Below, in pieces: positions 1-11,893 of a stretch of 64,000 nt of DNA (within the stretch, counting starts at the first letter, position 1; each line of letters starts with the position of its first letter). Origin of the DNA: Actinomycetota bacterium (lineage in GTDB: Bacteria; Actinomycetota; Actinomycetes; S36-B12; UBA5976); assembly GCA_947452755.1 (NCBI GenBank), contig CANGDT010000003.1:37074-101073 (forward strand), given 5' to 3'. A model generated the notes under the pieces. It worked only from the letters and a program-made list of their open reading frames with translations, was not told the DNA's origin and did not search any database. The position numbers were made by a program, and so were the translations under genes.

Positions 1-1
1 G

Positions 2-742
2 ATGAGTGCACCATCCGTCAACGAACCGATCTTGGGTGGCAGCGCAGTCATCAGCGGCAGCTTCACTGCCGAAGAAGCAAAGGCCCTTTCACAGGTGCTG
101 AAGTTTGGTTCCTTGCCAGTAAGCCTTTCAGTTGATGAAGTACAACAGATTTCTCCAACACTGGGTAACGATCAGTTGCGTGCAGGCGTACTTGCCGGCG
201 CGTTCGGTCTTGTACTCGTGATCATTTACATGTTGTTGTACTACCGCGCACTTGGATTGCTAGCTACGTTCAGTCTGGTGATTGCTGCGACTTTCACATA
301 CTTGATTGTTGTCGTCCTCGGTAACGAAATCGGCTTCACAATGACACTTGCAGGTATCGCCGGTGCAATTGTGGCAATCGGTATTACTGCTGACTCATTC
401 GTTGTCTACTTTGAACGCCTTCGTGATGAACTGCGAGAAGGCAAGCGTCTGCGTGGCGCCGTCGATCACGGTTGGAGTCGTGCCCGCCGAACGATTCTTG
501 CCGCCGACTTCGTTTCGATTCTTGCCGCTGTCGTCCTGTACTACTTGTCCGTGGGCAGTGTCCGCGGATTTGCATTCACGCTCGGCTTGACCACACTGAT
601 TGACATCCTGGTGGCCTTCATGTTCACGCGTCCGCTTGTATATATGGCAGCCGAGACAAAGTGGATGAATGCTGGATCAGGATTAACCGGAGTTTCGCCA
701 GCTCGACTTGGCGTTAAGACACACACAGAGGTGGCCCAATAA
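2..742 (+). CDS. secD: protein translocase subunit SecD, C-terminal part (5' end outside window)
   Basis: ORF is open at the window edge. It has a multi-TM SecD/SecF-type C-terminal domain. Its stop TAA (740-742) overlaps the ATG of the SecF-like ORF by 1 nt. Confidence 0.85.
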   Translation: MSAPSVNEPILGGSAVISGSFTAEEAKALSQVLKFGSLPVSLSVDEVQQISPTLGNDQLRAGVLAGAFGLVLVIIYMLLYYRALGLLATFSLVIAATFTYLIVVVLGNEIGFTMTLAGIAGAIVAIGITADSFVVYFERLRDELREGKRLRGAVDHGWSRARRTILAADFVSILAAVVLYYLSVGSVRGFAFTLGLTTLIDILVAFMFTRPLVYMAAETKWMNAGSGLTGVSPARLGVKTHTEVAQ

Positions 743-1827
743 TGTCAAAGTCTGCTTCTTTGGGTAATCGCCTTTACCGCGGCGAGATTTCGTTTGACAT
801 CGTCAATCGACGTCGCGCTTGGTATGTTCTCTCGGCAATCTTTATTGCAATCTCAATCGCGACACTTGCCTTGCGTGGACTTAATCTCGGCATTGAATTC
901 AAAGGCGGAGCCGAATTCACAGTTCCGGTATCTAATGCACAAACCTCAGACGTAACGAAGGCTCGAGATGCCGTTGCCTCTGCTGGTCAAGAAGCTTCTT
1001 CGGTGACAATCGTTGGAGGCAACAAGATCCGCGTCCAGACTCCGACACTGACCATCAAGGAATCAAACAAGGTCAATACGGCTCTCGCTAGTACTTTCAA
1101 TGTTGCCGACACCGACATCAAGGTCCAAATTGTTGGCCCAACGTGGGGTTCGGAAGTCAGTAAGAATGCTGCTCGAGCTTTGCTTCTTTTCTTGATTCTT
1201 GTTGCACTATTCCTTTCGATATATTTCGAATGGCCTATGGCAATTGCTGGTTTGATTGCGCTTGGGCACGACGTGTTGATCACAGTTGGTATCTACGCGT
1301 TAAGTGGTTTTGAAGTCACTCCAGCGACGGTGATCGGATTCTTGACGATTCTTGGTTACTCGCTTTACGACACTGTTGTGGTGTTCGACAAGGTTAAAGA
1401 AAACACCAAGGGCATTACATCAGGAAGTCGTATGACGTACTCAGAGGCCGCGAACCTGGCTCTGAATCAAACTTTGATGCGGTCAATTAATACCTCGATC
1501 ATTGCATTGCTACCAGTTCTGTCGATCTTGGTTGTCGGTGTTGTACTTCTTGGTGCAGGCACGCTCAACGACCTTGCGCTTGCTCTGTTTGTTGGAATGC
1601 TTGTAGGTACCTATTCCTCAATCTTCATCGCAACCCCGATCTTGACTCAGCTGAAAGAACGACAGGCTCCGATGAAGGATCTTGCAAAGCGCGTCCATGC
1701 GCGCCGTAAGAATGCCGGTATTGACGAAGAGAGTCTTACCGCAGCAGTACTTGCTCCCACGTACGTTGCGCCAGCTGGTCCACGTCAACAGCGCGTCAAG
1801 AAGCCTCGTTCCGCCCGCGGAAAGTAG
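742..1827 (+). CDS. secF: protein translocase subunit SecF
   Basis: 361 aa. N-terminal TM, periplasmic loop, then a 5-TM SecD/SecF C-terminal domain (GHDVLITVGIYAL..., LYDTVVVFDKVKEN). Coupled to secD. Confidence 0.85.
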   Translation: MSKSASLGNRLYRGEISFDIVNRRRAWYVLSAIFIAISIATLALRGLNLGIEFKGGAEFTVPVSNAQTSDVTKARDAVASAGQEASSVTIVGGNKIRVQTPTLTIKESNKVNTALASTFNVADTDIKVQIVGPTWGSEVSKNAARALLLFLILVALFLSIYFEWPMAIAGLIALGHDVLITVGIYALSGFEVTPATVIGFLTILGYSLYDTVVVFDKVKENTKGITSGSRMTYSEAANLALNQTLMRSINTSIIALLPVLSILVVGVVLLGAGTLNDLALALFVGMLVGTYSSIFIATPILTQLKERQAPMKDLAKRVHARRKNAGIDEESLTAAVLAPTYVAPAGPRQQRVKKPRSARGK

Positions 1828-1834
1828 CACAACG

Positions 1835-2368
1835 ATGGATCGTCAGACAGCTCGTTCACGCATCGTTGAAATTGCTGACTATCCGAAACCTGGTGTGCTT
1901 TTCAAGGATGTGATTCCGGTTTCGGCCGATGTAGATGCCTTGCGTTGGTGCTTAGATGAAATCTCGGCACACTACAAAGAGGCCCAGATCGATCTCGTTG
2001 TTGGTATCGAAGCACGAGGATTCATTCTGGGTGCGGCATTGGCACTGCACATGAACATTGGATTCGTTCCTATTCGCAAGGTAGGTAAGTTGCCGCGCGA
2101 GACGTACAGTGCTGAATACACCCTCGAATATGGAACCGACACAATCGAGATCCATCGTGATGCTTTACATCCTGGGCAGCGTGTTCTCCTCGTTGATGAC
2201 GTGCTGGCCACGGGTGGCACAGCAAATGCAGCAATCAGTTTGCTCGAGCAATGCGGGGCAGTCGGTGCTGGCCTTGCCGTCTTGCTTAATCTAGATTTCC
2301 TCGGAGGCGATGGTGTTATCCGTTCACACCATCCAGATTGTGATATCTTCACGCTTTTCCAGGATTGA
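1835..2368 (+). CDS. apt: adenine phosphoribosyltransferase
   Basis: From the ATG at 1835 (MDRQTARSRIVEIADYPKPGVLFKDV...). PRPP-binding motif VLLVDDVLATGGTA. The track ORF start at 1682 overlaps secF and looks like an artefactual extension. Confidence 0.9.
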   Translation: MDRQTARSRIVEIADYPKPGVLFKDVIPVSADVDALRWCLDEISAHYKEAQIDLVVGIEARGFILGAALALHMNIGFVPIRKVGKLPRETYSAEYTLEYGTDTIEIHRDALHPGQRVLLVDDVLATGGTANAAISLLEQCGAVGAGLAVLLNLDFLGGDGVIRSHHPDCDIFTLFQD

Positions 2369-2430
2369 GTCATGCAATCATTCCTGTCGCTCTGACTTCG
2401 TCTTAGACTGTTGGGACAAAGGAGGAATCG

Positions 2431-4665
2431 ATGACGCAAGAAGTTGCTGTTACGCCGCTGGCCGTTGCGCTCGCTGAACGATTCCCGGGCGGGCTAGCAA
2501 CACCTGTTCCTGACGACCTGCAGGCTGTTCTAGATACGTTGCTTACATTTCATCCTGCGAGCAACCGTGACGACATAGTTCGCGCTTTCCAAACCGCTGA
2601 TTACTTTCATCGCTTTCAGGCCCGTCGTTCAGGCGAGGCGTACATCACGCACCCTGTCGCTGTGGCGGGTCTCTTAGCGGATCTTGGCATGACGACTCCA
2701 ACGATTATTGCGGCACTCTTGCACGACACGGTGGAGGACACTGAATACGACCTGGAACATCTGCGCGCAGACTTTGGCGACGAGGTTGCAAACCTCGTTG
2801 ATGGCGTCACAAAGCTAGACAAAGTGAAATACGGTCAAGCTTCAGCTTCAGAAACTGTCCGCAAGATGGTTGTTGCGATGGCTCGAGATATTCGGGTTCT
2901 GGTTATCAAACTTGTCGATCGACTTCACAACATGCGTACTCTCACTTTCCTTCCTATTGAAAAACAGGAGCAGAAGGCTCGGGAGACACTTGAAATTTAT
3001 GCGCCGCTAGCACACAGACTTGGCATGAATGCAATCAAGTGGGAGCTTGAAGATCTCGCGTTCCGCTCTCTATATCCCAAGATGTTTGATGAGATTTCTC
3101 GTCTTGTAAGTCAGCGTGCTCCCGCGCGTGAGGAATACCTCACAGAGGTTGTTTCACGGGTGACCTCGGACCTGACAAATGCGGGTATCGAATCGGAAGT
3201 AAACGGTCGACCAAAGCACCTCTATAGCGTTTACCAAAAGATGATTGTTCGTGGTCGCGATTTCGAAGATATCTATGACTTGCTGGGTGTGCGCGTACTA
3301 GTTGATTCAGTTCAGGATTGCTACGCGGCTCTCGGCATAATCCATAACGAATGGAACCCTGTTCCTGGTCGGTTCAAGGACTACATTGCGATGCCGAAAT
3401 TCACGATGTATCAGTCATTGCACACCACTGTGATTGGGCCGTCCGGCAAGCCCGTAGAGTTCCAAATCCGAACTCATGACATGCATCGAGCTGCTGAATA
3501 TGGTGTTGCTTCGCATTGGCGTTACAAGCAACCAACTGTTGCCGGCAAGAGTGGTCCGGACGACCTAGGTTGGGTTCGTCAGCTTTTGGAATGGCAGAAG
3601 GAGACTGCCGATCCGGGAGACTTCCTAGATTCATTACGCGACGACCTCGGTGCTGCCGAAGTGTACGTGTTCACACCAAAGGGCGAAGTCCTTGCGTTAC
3701 CTGCGGGCTCAACACCCATCGATTTTGCATACTCGGTTCACACTGAAGTTGGGAATCGCTGCATTGGAGCGCGAATCAATGGCAAACTTGCGCCACTGGA
3801 TTCCAAACTCGCAAACGGCGACAGTATTGAAATCATCACCAATAAGGCCGACAATGCTGCGCCGAGTCGGGATTGGGTCAATGTCGTCGCAAGCGCTCGG
3901 GCAAAGTCAAAGATCAAAGCCTGGTTCTCCAAGGAGCGCCGCGAAGAGGCCATCGAAACTGGTAAGGATCACATAGTTCGAGCGATGAAGAAGCAGGGCG
4001 TTCCATTGCGTCTTCTCACCAACAACGTCCTAGCAACACTTGCAGCAGACGCCCATTACGCAGATGTCAGTGCGTTGTACGCAGCGGTGGGCGAGGGTCA
4101 TCTTGGTGCTCAAACAGTTGTTTCTCGACTGCAGACAGCACTCGGTGGCGATCAGTCAATCGAAGATGAAGTAGCAGACTTTGTGACACCTACCCGGGCT
4201 CAAAGTCGCTCGGGTAATAAGCCAGATGCGGGTATCACGGTCATTGGTGCTAATGACACTTGGGTGAAGCTTGCACGTTGTTGTACACCAGTTCCTGGTG
4301 ACGAAGTCTTGGGGTTTGTCACTAGAGGTTCGGGGATCTCAGTCCATCGCACTGATTGCGTGAATGCCTCACAGCTTCAAGATCAGCCCGAGCGAATCGT
4401 TGAGGTTGCTTGGACACCAGGTAGCAGCAGCGTATTCCTTGTAAACATCCAAGTAGAGGCGCTAGACCGTGCTCGACTTTTGTCCGATGTCACGCGTGCG
4501 TTGTCCGATCAGCACGTCAACATTTTGAATGCGTCAGTTACGACGACTCGAGATCGCGTCGCCATTTCACGCTTCACCTTTGAAATGGGAGACCCAAGCC
4601 ACCTAAATCACGTACTAAAAGCAGTGCGTGGCATTGATGGCGTCTATGACGTCTACCGCGTTTAA
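2431..4665 (+). CDS. rel: bifunctional (p)ppGpp synthetase/hydrolase (RelA/SpoT family)
   Basis: 744 aa. HD hydrolase motif (HPVAVAGLL...LHDTVEDT), RelA/SpoT synthetase domain ([22 protein letters not shown]), and TGS and ACT C-terminal regions. AAGGAGG lies 6 nt upstream of the ATG. Confidence 0.95.
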   Translation: MTQEVAVTPLAVALAERFPGGLATPVPDDLQAVLDTLLTFHPASNRDDIVRAFQTADYFHRFQARRSGEAYITHPVAVAGLLADLGMTTPTIIAALLHDTVEDTEYDLEHLRADFGDEVANLVDGVTKLDKVKYGQASASETVRKMVVAMARDIRVLVIKLVDRLHNMRTLTFLPIEKQEQKARETLEIYAPLAHRLGMNAIKWELEDLAFRSLYPKMFDEISRLVSQRAPAREEYLTEVVSRVTSDLTNAGIESEVNGRPKHLYSVYQKMIVRGRDFEDIYDLLGVRVLVDSVQDCYAALGIIHNEWNPVPGRFKDYIAMPKFTMYQSLHTTVIGPSGKPVEFQIRTHDMHRAAEYGVASHWRYKQPTVAGKSGPDDLGWVRQLLEWQKETADPGDFLDSLRDDLGAAEVYVFTPKGEVLALPAGSTPIDFAYSVHTEVGNRCIGARINGKLAPLDSKLANGDSIEIITNKADNAAPSRDWVNVVASARAKSKIKAWFSKERREEAIETGKDHIVRAMKKQGVPLRLLTNNVLATLAADAHYADVSALYAAVGEGHLGAQTVVSRLQTALGGDQSIEDEVADFVTPTRAQSRSGNKPDAGITVIGANDTWVKLARCCTPVPGDEVLGFVTRGSGISVHRTDCVNASQLQDQPERIVEVAWTPGSSSVFLVNIQVEALDRARLLSDVTRALSDQHVNILNASVTTTRDRVAISRFTFEMGDPSHLNHVLKAVRGIDGVYDVYRV

Positions 4666-4688
4666 CCAGCGTAAATAGCGTTTATCAA

Positions 4689-5918
4689 CTAGCCCAGTGT
4701 TGAGGCGCCCGCTTGAGCGGCCTCAAGTAGTGCAACTGTCTGTGCGCGCTGTTCAGTCAACTTAGCAACTTCATCAGCCTTGTTCGCAGCCGAAGCCTTT
4801 TCAAGCGAAGCCTCGATCTTGCTTAAGGCTGCCTGGAATGAATTCACAAGAGTATTAGCACGATCAATAACTTCAGGCTTTGAACGATGCCAGATTGCTT
4901 CCTGCTGCTTACGAATTGCGTCTTCAACAGCCTTCAGGCGCTTCTCAATCTTCTCTTTGTCGTTGCGGGGGACATGACCAACTTTCTCCCACTTCTCTTG
5001 AATGACACGCAGAGCAGTCTTTGCAGCCTCAATGTCAGTCACAGGCAAAATTGCTTCAGCCTGCACAGCAAGGGCTTCTTTGGCGACCAAATTTTCGGCG
5101 AATTCGCCATCACGAACTGAATTAGCAGCGTTGCGAGCATCGAAGAAAGCGTCCTGTGCTGCCTTGAATTGCTTCCACAACTTATCTTCGTCTGACTTTG
5201 ATGCACGTGGAAGTGTCTTCCATTCGTCCATCAACTTCTTGAAGGTTGTTGTCGAAGCCGCCCAGTCAGTGCTGGTGGACAATTCCTGTGCCTTCGCAAT
5301 TAGCGCCTTCTTGCCGGTGAGCGCCTCTCCACGAGTGGCATCAAGGGCAGCGAAATGAATGCGACGCGCCTTATCAAAAACAGAACGGGCATGACTGAAA
5401 CGCTTCCAAAGCTCCTGTTCAACTCCACGGTCGCCTGAGGGAAGTTTCTTCCACTCTTCAAGAAGCTCTTTGTACTTTTCGCCGGTAACTTTCCACGCAG
5501 TCGAATTAGAAAGCGATTCGGCTTGGGCAACCAATTCCTCGCGCTTTGCTAGAGAGGCGGCCTTCTGCTCGGCGCGCTTTGCAGCCTTGGCAACTTTAGC
5601 TTCTTCCAACTTGGCAAGTAGGTCAGTTTTGTGGACCTCAAGAGCTTTCAAGTCACCCAGCAGGTTTGGAGTTTCAATCGATGCGGCAATGCGCTCTACG
5701 AGAGCGGTGACCGACTCGACATTTGCCTTACCTTCCTTAAGACGAGCGACAGACAACTCAATCTCGGCTACTAAGTCGTGATAGCGCTTTGTAAAAAAGG
5801 CCAAACCTTCAGCTGGATCGCCTGCGGCGAACTGTCCGATTTTCGTGGGACCAGCCTCGCCTGCAAGAAAGACGTTACCTTCAGCGTCTACGTGTCCGTA
5901 ATCATTCTGAGTAGTCAT
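4689..5918 (-). CDS. DUF349 domain-containing protein
   Basis: 409 aa, highly charged alpha-helical protein. It has about 5 copies of the DUF349-type repeat (W...K..L.EWK.L....R..E..LW.RF..A...F...R). Confidence 0.8.
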   Translation of the reverse strand: MTTQNDYGHVDAEGNVFLAGEAGPTKIGQFAAGDPAEGLAFFTKRYHDLVAEIELSVARLKEGKANVESVTALVERIAASIETPNLLGDLKALEVHKTDLLAKLEEAKVAKAAKRAEQKAASLAKREELVAQAESLSNSTAWKVTGEKYKELLEEWKKLPSGDRGVEQELWKRFSHARSVFDKARRIHFAALDATRGEALTGKKALIAKAQELSTSTDWAASTTTFKKLMDEWKTLPRASKSDEDKLWKQFKAAQDAFFDARNAANSVRDGEFAENLVAKEALAVQAEAILPVTDIEAAKTALRVIQEKWEKVGHVPRNDKEKIEKRLKAVEDAIRKQQEAIWHRSKPEVIDRANTLVNSFQAALSKIEASLEKASAANKADEVAKLTEQRAQTVALLEAAQAGASTLG

Positions 5919-5998
5919 CGCTAACGTCCTTAGTGCTGGGTCCCCGCAGGGCTCTTGGTCCGATCAGTTTCGGCTTGAAACAAATCTGTTCTTGAATA

Positions 5999-6811
5999 TT
6001 ACTTAGTTGTCGCCTTGACAATCACCACTGGTTGGGCTGGCTTGCCATCACTGGCACCACCTTCAACACCCGCACCAGCAATTGCGTCTAAACGATCGAG
6101 TCCTGATGTAATCTTTCCCCACAGGGTGTAATTCGGCGCCAACGTCGAGTCTTTGAACACGAGGAAGAATTGGCTGCCATTGGTGTCTGGGCCGCTATTC
6201 GCCATGGCAACATCGCCGCGTTTGTAGGTATAGCTTCCACTTGCATCTGCTTTGGGAAGGTTTTCGTCGGCGAATTTAAAGCCCGGTCCACCGGCACCGG
6301 CACCCGTTGGGTCTCCACACTGAAGAACATAGATTCCTTGTGTGGTGAGACGATGACATGGTGTCAGGTCGTAGTACTTGCTTTGCGCAAGGAAGGAAAT
6401 GATTCCTCCGGTTTTTGGCGTGGTAGCAAGTGGTGCAACAGAAATGTCACCGCAGTTTGTTGCAAAATTGATTTGGGTGGCAGCGGTCGCACTTGGCACG
6501 GTTTGATACGTGATGTTGTTGGCGCGAGTAGCTGGCGGCGTTGAACAACCATCAACCGTTGGGGTTGTCGCTGAAACTGTGGGGGATGACGACGGACTAG
6601 CCACGGGGCTGGACGACTTATTCTGTACGGCAAAGTATGCAGACACTGCAACCAAAGCAACCACACTGATTGCAACAATTTTGACGCTCTGCTGCTTTGC
6701 TTGACGCTCCGCACGGCGTAGCTGTTGGCGTTCGAACTTGGCTCGCGCTAATTCGCGCTCTCGTTTCTGTGACACAAGTCCATAGTCTACGGTGCCTAGA
6801 AACGGGCACAA
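5999..6811 (-). CDS. membrane-anchored cyclophilin-type peptidyl-prolyl cis-trans isomerase
   Basis: C-terminal cyclophilin domain (HRLTTQGIYVLQCGDPTGAGAGGPGFKF...MANSGPDTNGSQFFLVF) follows a single TM and a Ser/Pro/Thr linker. The exact start is uncertain; a later GTG is possible. Confidence 0.85.
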   Translation of the reverse strand: MCPFLGTVDYGLVSQKRERELARAKFERQQLRRAERQAKQQSVKIVAISVVALVAVSAYFAVQNKSSSPVASPSSSPTVSATTPTVDGCSTPPATRANNITYQTVPSATAATQINFATNCGDISVAPLATTPKTGGIISFLAQSKYYDLTPCHRLTTQGIYVLQCGDPTGAGAGGPGFKFADENLPKADASGSYTYKRGDVAMANSGPDTNGSQFFLVFKDSTLAPNYTLWGKITSGLDRLDAIAGAGVEGGASDGKPAQPVVIVKATTK

Positions 6812-6835
6812 TTCACGGTAGCCTAATGAAACCGA

Positions 6836-7540
6836 GTGTTACGAGAGAGCATGTTTATCAAGAGTTTTCCAGCAGGTCCATGGCAGACCAATTGCTACGT
6901 TGTGTCTACTGGCGTAGGCAATGAGTGCCTCATCGTTGACCCTGGAATGCACGCTTCGACTGGGATTCGGGATGTCGTTGAGGAAAATCACCTAAAACCC
7001 GTTGCAGTTCTAGTTACTCACGGCCACATTGATCACATGTGGTCACTTTTCCCGGTTGCAAAAGGTTACGGGATCCCTGGCTTTATCCACGGCGATGATC
7101 GATACTTGCTCAGCGATCCAGGCGCAGGTCTCTCACCAGAGACAGCAGCAGCTCTTCCCACCATGCTCGGAACCGATGACATCATTGCCGAACCCGAAGA
7201 TTTACGGATTGTCACCGACAACATGTCATTGAACATTGCAGGAATGGACTTAGTGGTACGACACGCACCCGGACATACGTGGGGTTCCGTGCTGTTTGAT
7301 TTCCAAACCGAGGATCGTCATGTTTTTACAGGTGACGTTCTCTTTGCTGGTGCGATTGGTCGCACAGACTTGGCGAATGGTTCACCCGAACAGATGAACG
7401 ATTCACTTCGAAATGTGATTCTCCCGTTGCCTGATTCAGCAATCATTTTGCCCGGTCATGGGCGAGATTCACGAATGAACATCGAACGAGCAACGAACCA
7501 ATACTTACTTCGAATAGCGCAAGGACTACCCGCCGCATGA
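6836..7540 (+). CDS. MBL-fold metallo-hydrolase (glyoxalase II-like)
   Basis: 234 aa with the THGHIDH metal-binding motif and a downstream HAPGHT. Its stop overlaps the hisS start (ATGA). Confidence 0.8.
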   Translation: MLRESMFIKSFPAGPWQTNCYVVSTGVGNECLIVDPGMHASTGIRDVVEENHLKPVAVLVTHGHIDHMWSLFPVAKGYGIPGFIHGDDRYLLSDPGAGLSPETAAALPTMLGTDDIIAEPEDLRIVTDNMSLNIAGMDLVVRHAPGHTWGSVLFDFQTEDRHVFTGDVLFAGAIGRTDLANGSPEQMNDSLRNVILPLPDSAIILPGHGRDSRMNIERATNQYLLRIAQGLPAA

Positions 7541-8799
7541 GTGATCAGTTCAAAGCCCCTAAGGGCACATACGACGTTGTTGCACCGTTCTCGGCGACGT
7601 GGCTTGCGGTTAAGAGCGCTCTGACCACTCCACCGATGATGTCGGGCTACGACTACATCGAAACACCTTTGTTTGAAGACACTGCATTGTTCGTACGCGG
7701 AGTCGGGGAGTCAACGGATGTTGTTAATAAGGAGATGTACACATTTGAAGATCGTGGCGGACGCAGTTTGACCCTTCGCCCAGAAGGTACCGCTGGTGTA
7801 TTACGTGCCGTACTGGAAAACCGGCTAGACAAAGGTGCCCTTCCTGTCAAGGTTTGGTACACGGGTCCCAATTTCCGCTACGAACAACCGCAATCAGGCC
7901 GCTACCGCCAGCACACACAGGTAGGCGTTGAAACAGTTGGGTCCTCTGATCCCGCAATCGATGCTGAAGTGATTTGGATGGCTATTTATGCTCAACGCAA
8001 CATCCTTGGTCTGACAGGCGTTCGGTTGCTCGTCAATTCACTCGGTTGCCACAATTGCCGTCCGCAGTACCGCGCTACGCTGACCGAATTCCTCTCAGGA
8101 TTGAATCTTGATGAGACCACGCGCCAACGCGCTGTCATCAATCCGCTTCGTGTGCTCGACGACAAGCGCCCGGATGTGCAGGAACAACTGTCAAGCGCCC
8201 CGCTGATGCCTGATCACCTGTGCGGCGATTGTCGAAGCCATCATGCTTCGGTTTTGCGGTACTTGGACATCCTTGGTGTTCAATACGAAAACGCGCCTCG
8301 ACTTGTACGTGGACTCGACTACTACGTGAAAACTACATTTGAATGTGTTCATGATGGGCTCGGTGCCCAGTCAGCCATCGGTGGTGGGGGTCGCTACGAC
8401 GGTCTCATCGAAACTCTTGGTGGTGACGCGTTGCCGGGGATTGGTTTTGGGCTCGGTGTTGATCGAACATGTTTAGCTGTGCAAGCCGAAGGTCTGACGT
8501 TGCCGGATGCCATGCAAGTTGCGGCCTTTTTGGTGCCTTTGGGTGAGCAAGCCCAAACCGTCGTAGTTGGCCTTGCTCAACAGTTGCGTAGTGCCGGAAT
8601 CGCTTGCGACATGGCCTTTGACTCACGAAGCATGAAGGCAGCCATGAAGGGTGCCGATCGTTCGGGTGCAAAGTTTGCGCTCATCATTGGCGACGACGAG
8701 GTCGCCGGCAATGAGGTCGTCGTCAAAAACATGGGTTCGGGAGAACAAACAAGCGTGCCTCTAGAATTAGTCATCTCAACCCTGCAGTCACAAATCTAA
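7537..8799 (+). CDS. hisS: histidine--tRNA ligase
   Basis: 420 aa class II aaRS. HisRS-type motifs are present ([46 protein letters not shown]). Confidence 0.95.
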   Translation: MSDQFKAPKGTYDVVAPFSATWLAVKSALTTPPMMSGYDYIETPLFEDTALFVRGVGESTDVVNKEMYTFEDRGGRSLTLRPEGTAGVLRAVLENRLDKGALPVKVWYTGPNFRYEQPQSGRYRQHTQVGVETVGSSDPAIDAEVIWMAIYAQRNILGLTGVRLLVNSLGCHNCRPQYRATLTEFLSGLNLDETTRQRAVINPLRVLDDKRPDVQEQLSSAPLMPDHLCGDCRSHHASVLRYLDILGVQYENAPRLVRGLDYYVKTTFECVHDGLGAQSAIGGGGRYDGLIETLGGDALPGIGFGLGVDRTCLAVQAEGLTLPDAMQVAAFLVPLGEQAQTVVVGLAQQLRSAGIACDMAFDSRSMKAAMKGADRSGAKFALIIGDDEVAGNEVVVKNMGSGEQTSVPLELVISTLQSQI

Positions 8800-8809
8800 G
8801 GATCATTAC

Positions 8810-10546
8810 ATGTTGCGTACGCACAATGCCGGAACCCTTCGCGGATCTGACGCTGGTCAAGTCGTCACACTTGCGGGTTGGGTTGCGAAGCGACGTGATC
8901 ATGGTGGAATTGCCTTCATTGATCTGCGCGACGCTTCAGGATCAGTCCAGGTAGTCATTCGGGAAGAGTCGGTTGCCCACGAGTTGCGTGCTGAGTTCTG
9001 CTTGCAAATTACTGGAACAGTTCAGACACGACCTTCAGGAAACGAAAATGATGAAATTGCTACTGGTGACATTGAGGTCATTGCAGATGACGTAGTGACG
9101 CTCTCAAAGAGCGCACCACTTCCTTTTCCAATCGATGACAGCATCACCGTAGGCGACGAGACGCGTTTCAAATATCGCTACCTTGATTTGCGTCGCACAA
9201 GTGCAGCTCGCGCTTTGCGCATGCGAAGTGACGTGAACCGACTTGCCCGCGAGGTGCTGCACGAGCGCGATTTCGTGGAAATTGAAACACCAACATTGAC
9301 TCGATCAACACCCGAAGGTGCACGCGACTTCTTGGTGCCCGTTCGTCTGCAGCCTGGTCATTGGTACGCCCTGCCACAGAGCCCTCAACTCTTCAAACAG
9401 CTTCTGATGATCGGTGGCATGGAACGCTACTACCAAATTGCACGTTGCTACCGCGATGAAGACTTCCGAGCAGACCGTCAACCAGAATTCACTCAACTCG
9501 ATATCGAAATGAGTTTCGTTGAGCAGCAAGACATCATTGACGTTGGCGAAGCAATCATTCGCAACATCTGGCAAGGCACGTTGAACCACACGATAGGCGA
9601 CGTACCTCGTATGACGTACTGGGATGCCATGCATCGTTACGGATCAGACAAGCCGGATTTGCGCTTTGATCTTGAACTCGTACATTGCACCGACTACTTC
9701 AAGAACACTGAATTCCGAGTCTTCCAATCTGAATTTGTTGGTGCAGTTGTCATGCCTGGCGGTGCCGACCAGCCTCGCCGCACATTTGATGCTTGGCAAG
9801 AATGGGCAAAGCAGCGCGGCGCAAAGGGACTTGCTTACGTAACATTCGATGAGAATGGCGAGCTTGGCGGACCTGTAGCAAAGAATCTTTCTGATGATGA
9901 GCGCGCTGGGCTGGCAGCGCACCTTGGCGCTAAGCCAGGCGATTGCGCATTTTTCGCCGCTGGTGCCAAAAATGCATCACTTGGTCTGCTTGGCGCGGTT
10001 CGTCTCGAAGTTGGAAAGCGCTGTGGCCTTATCAATGAAGACGAATGGTCATTTGTGTGGATTGTTGACGCGCCAATGTTTGAAATGACCGACGAAGGTA
10101 CTTGGACTGCGGTTCACCATCCTTTCACTTCTCCAAACGGCGACTGGATTGAGCGATTTGAAGAATCGCCGGGTGAAGCATTGGCTTGGGCATACGACAT
10201 CGTGTGCAACGGAAATGAAATTGGCGGCGGCTCCATTCGAATCCACCGTGGTGACGTACAAGAAAAGGTCTTTTCTATTCTTGGACTCAGCGACGAAGAG
10301 GCCCGCGACAAGTTTGGCTTCTTACTTGATGCCTTCGCCTTCGGCCCTCCACCACACGGTGGCATTGCCTTTGGTTGGGATCGTATTTGCATGTTGCTTA
10401 CCGGTGCATCGAGCTTGCGCGATGTCATCGCATTCCCGAAAACTGGTGCCGGTTACGATCCGCTCACGAGTGCACCGACACCAATCACTGGTCAACAGCG
10501 TGCTGAAGCCGGCATTGATGCTGATCCATTCGCAACTGAAGAGTAG
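8810..10546 (+). CDS. aspS: aspartate--tRNA ligase
   Basis: 578 aa. N-terminal OB fold, then [40 protein letters not shown] and GGGSIRIH motifs. Confidence 0.95.
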   Translation: MLRTHNAGTLRGSDAGQVVTLAGWVAKRRDHGGIAFIDLRDASGSVQVVIREESVAHELRAEFCLQITGTVQTRPSGNENDEIATGDIEVIADDVVTLSKSAPLPFPIDDSITVGDETRFKYRYLDLRRTSAARALRMRSDVNRLAREVLHERDFVEIETPTLTRSTPEGARDFLVPVRLQPGHWYALPQSPQLFKQLLMIGGMERYYQIARCYRDEDFRADRQPEFTQLDIEMSFVEQQDIIDVGEAIIRNIWQGTLNHTIGDVPRMTYWDAMHRYGSDKPDLRFDLELVHCTDYFKNTEFRVFQSEFVGAVVMPGGADQPRRTFDAWQEWAKQRGAKGLAYVTFDENGELGGPVAKNLSDDERAGLAAHLGAKPGDCAFFAAGAKNASLGLLGAVRLEVGKRCGLINEDEWSFVWIVDAPMFEMTDEGTWTAVHHPFTSPNGDWIERFEESPGEALAWAYDIVCNGNEIGGGSIRIHRGDVQEKVFSILGLSDEEARDKFGFLLDAFAFGPPPHGGIAFGWDRICMLLTGASSLRDVIAFPKTGAGYDPLTSAPTPITGQQRAEAGIDADPFATEE

Positions 10547-10557
10547 AACTGCGTATC

Positions 10558-11886
10558 GTGTCACTGTTTGAAGGTTCGCTTTTTGATGGTGGCGTAGGTG
10601 CAAGCCCACTTGCAGTTCGCATGCGCCCTCGGACACTCGAAGAGTTCCTTGGGCAATCTCACGCGCTAACGGACGGCAGTCCATTGCGAAGATTAATGAG
10701 TGATGCTGCCGGTCAGTCACTTTCATCAGTCATTTTGTGGGGTCCGCCCGGGACCGGAAAGACCACAATTGCGCAATTAATTGCGCGAGCAGGTTCCGCA
10801 AAGTTCGTCGAGTTGTCAGCCATCAACGCAGGGGTAAAAGACGTTCGTGATGTCATCTCGACAGCCAGTGACAACAAAGCAATGTACGGCAGCGCAACTG
10901 TGTTGTTCGTTGATGAAGTTCACCGATTCAATAAGACTCAGCAAGATGCTTTGTTGCCAGGCGTAGAGAACGGCTGGGTGACGCTCGTTGCGGCTACCAC
11001 GGAGAATCCCTCGTTCAGTGTCATCTCACCGCTGTTGTCGCGCTCGCTTCTTGTCACATTAAATTCGTTGACCGAAGATGACATCGCAACAATTGTGAAG
11101 CGCGCGGTAGTTGACCCGCGTGGACTCGACAACGCATTCTCCTTGGGAGCTGACGCTTTAGATGTCATCATCCGACTTGCGGGCGGTGATGCGCGAAGGG
11201 CGCTGACACTGCTTGAGGCAAGTGCTGGCGTCGCGCATGGACTTCAGATTCAAGAAGTCACTGGACAACACGTAGCAACTGCAAGCGATCACAACGTCGT
11301 GCGTTATGACCGTGATGGCGATCAGCATTACGACGTGATTAGTGCATTCATCAAGAGCGTGCGTGGATCCGACGCCGACGCCGCATTGCACTATCTGGCT
11401 CGAATGATTGAGGCAGGCGAGGATCCACGATTCATAGCTCGGCGACTCATGATTTTGGCCAGCGAAGACATCGGCCTGGCCGACAACTCGATGTTGCCAC
11501 TTGCCGTTGCCACAGCCGAGACAGTTGCGCGTATCGGCATGCCCGAAGCACGAATCGCACTTGGCCAAGCAACCATCTCGCTGGCACTCGCACCTAAATC
11601 GAATTCGGCGTATCTCGCTATTGATCGCGCAATTGCTGACGTTCGCGAAGGTCGGATTGGTGAGGTACCCGCTCATCTACGTGACAGCCACTACGCACGT
11701 GCAGGATCACTTGGTCATGGTGTGAATTACGTCTACCCTCATGACGTTGAGGGTGGGGTAGCCGAACAGCAGTATCTGCCCGATGCGTTACAGGGTCGGA
11801 GCTACTACAGCGCAACTTCCCATGGCTCTGAAGCGCAGCTAGGGACAATCTGGAACAAAATTCGCCACATACTCGGACGCAAGTAG
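10558..11886 (+). CDS. rarA: replication-associated recombination protein A (MgsA/RarA AAA ATPase)
   Basis: 442 aa with a GTG start. Walker A GPPGTGKTT, Walker B LFVDEVHRFNKTQQDALL, and a C-terminal MgsA domain (HYDVISAFIKSVRGSDADAALHYLARM). Confidence 0.9.
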   Translation: MSLFEGSLFDGGVGASPLAVRMRPRTLEEFLGQSHALTDGSPLRRLMSDAAGQSLSSVILWGPPGTGKTTIAQLIARAGSAKFVELSAINAGVKDVRDVISTASDNKAMYGSATVLFVDEVHRFNKTQQDALLPGVENGWVTLVAATTENPSFSVISPLLSRSLLVTLNSLTEDDIATIVKRAVVDPRGLDNAFSLGADALDVIIRLAGGDARRALTLLEASAGVAHGLQIQEVTGQHVATASDHNVVRYDRDGDQHYDVISAFIKSVRGSDADAALHYLARMIEAGEDPRFIARRLMILASEDIGLADNSMLPLAVATAETVARIGMPEARIALGQATISLALAPKSNSAYLAIDRAIADVREGRIGEVPAHLRDSHYARAGSLGHGVNYVYPHDVEGGVAEQQYLPDALQGRSYYSATSHGSEAQLGTIWNKIRHILGRK

Positions 11887-11893
11887 TCATTGA

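Noticed and set aside
1682-1834. N-terminal extensions in the supplied ORF track. Affected genes are apt (1682), the CDP-alcohol transferase (23504), the two DUF881 genes (24055 and 25190), LacI (28174), MerR (29354), rbpA (33474) and the amidohydrolase (38070).
   Set aside because: The extensions overlap upstream genes or lack similarity to the family N-termini. Internal starts give canonical N-termini, often with an SD or a stop-start overlap.
2369-2430. A PafBC/RecA-NDp-like promoter motif (TGTCGCT ... TAGACT) upstream of rel.
   Set aside because: The spacing between the TGTC box and the -10-like hexamer is about 12 nt rather than the about 8 nt I recall for that motif, and the box itself deviates from it. 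The match is not convincing.
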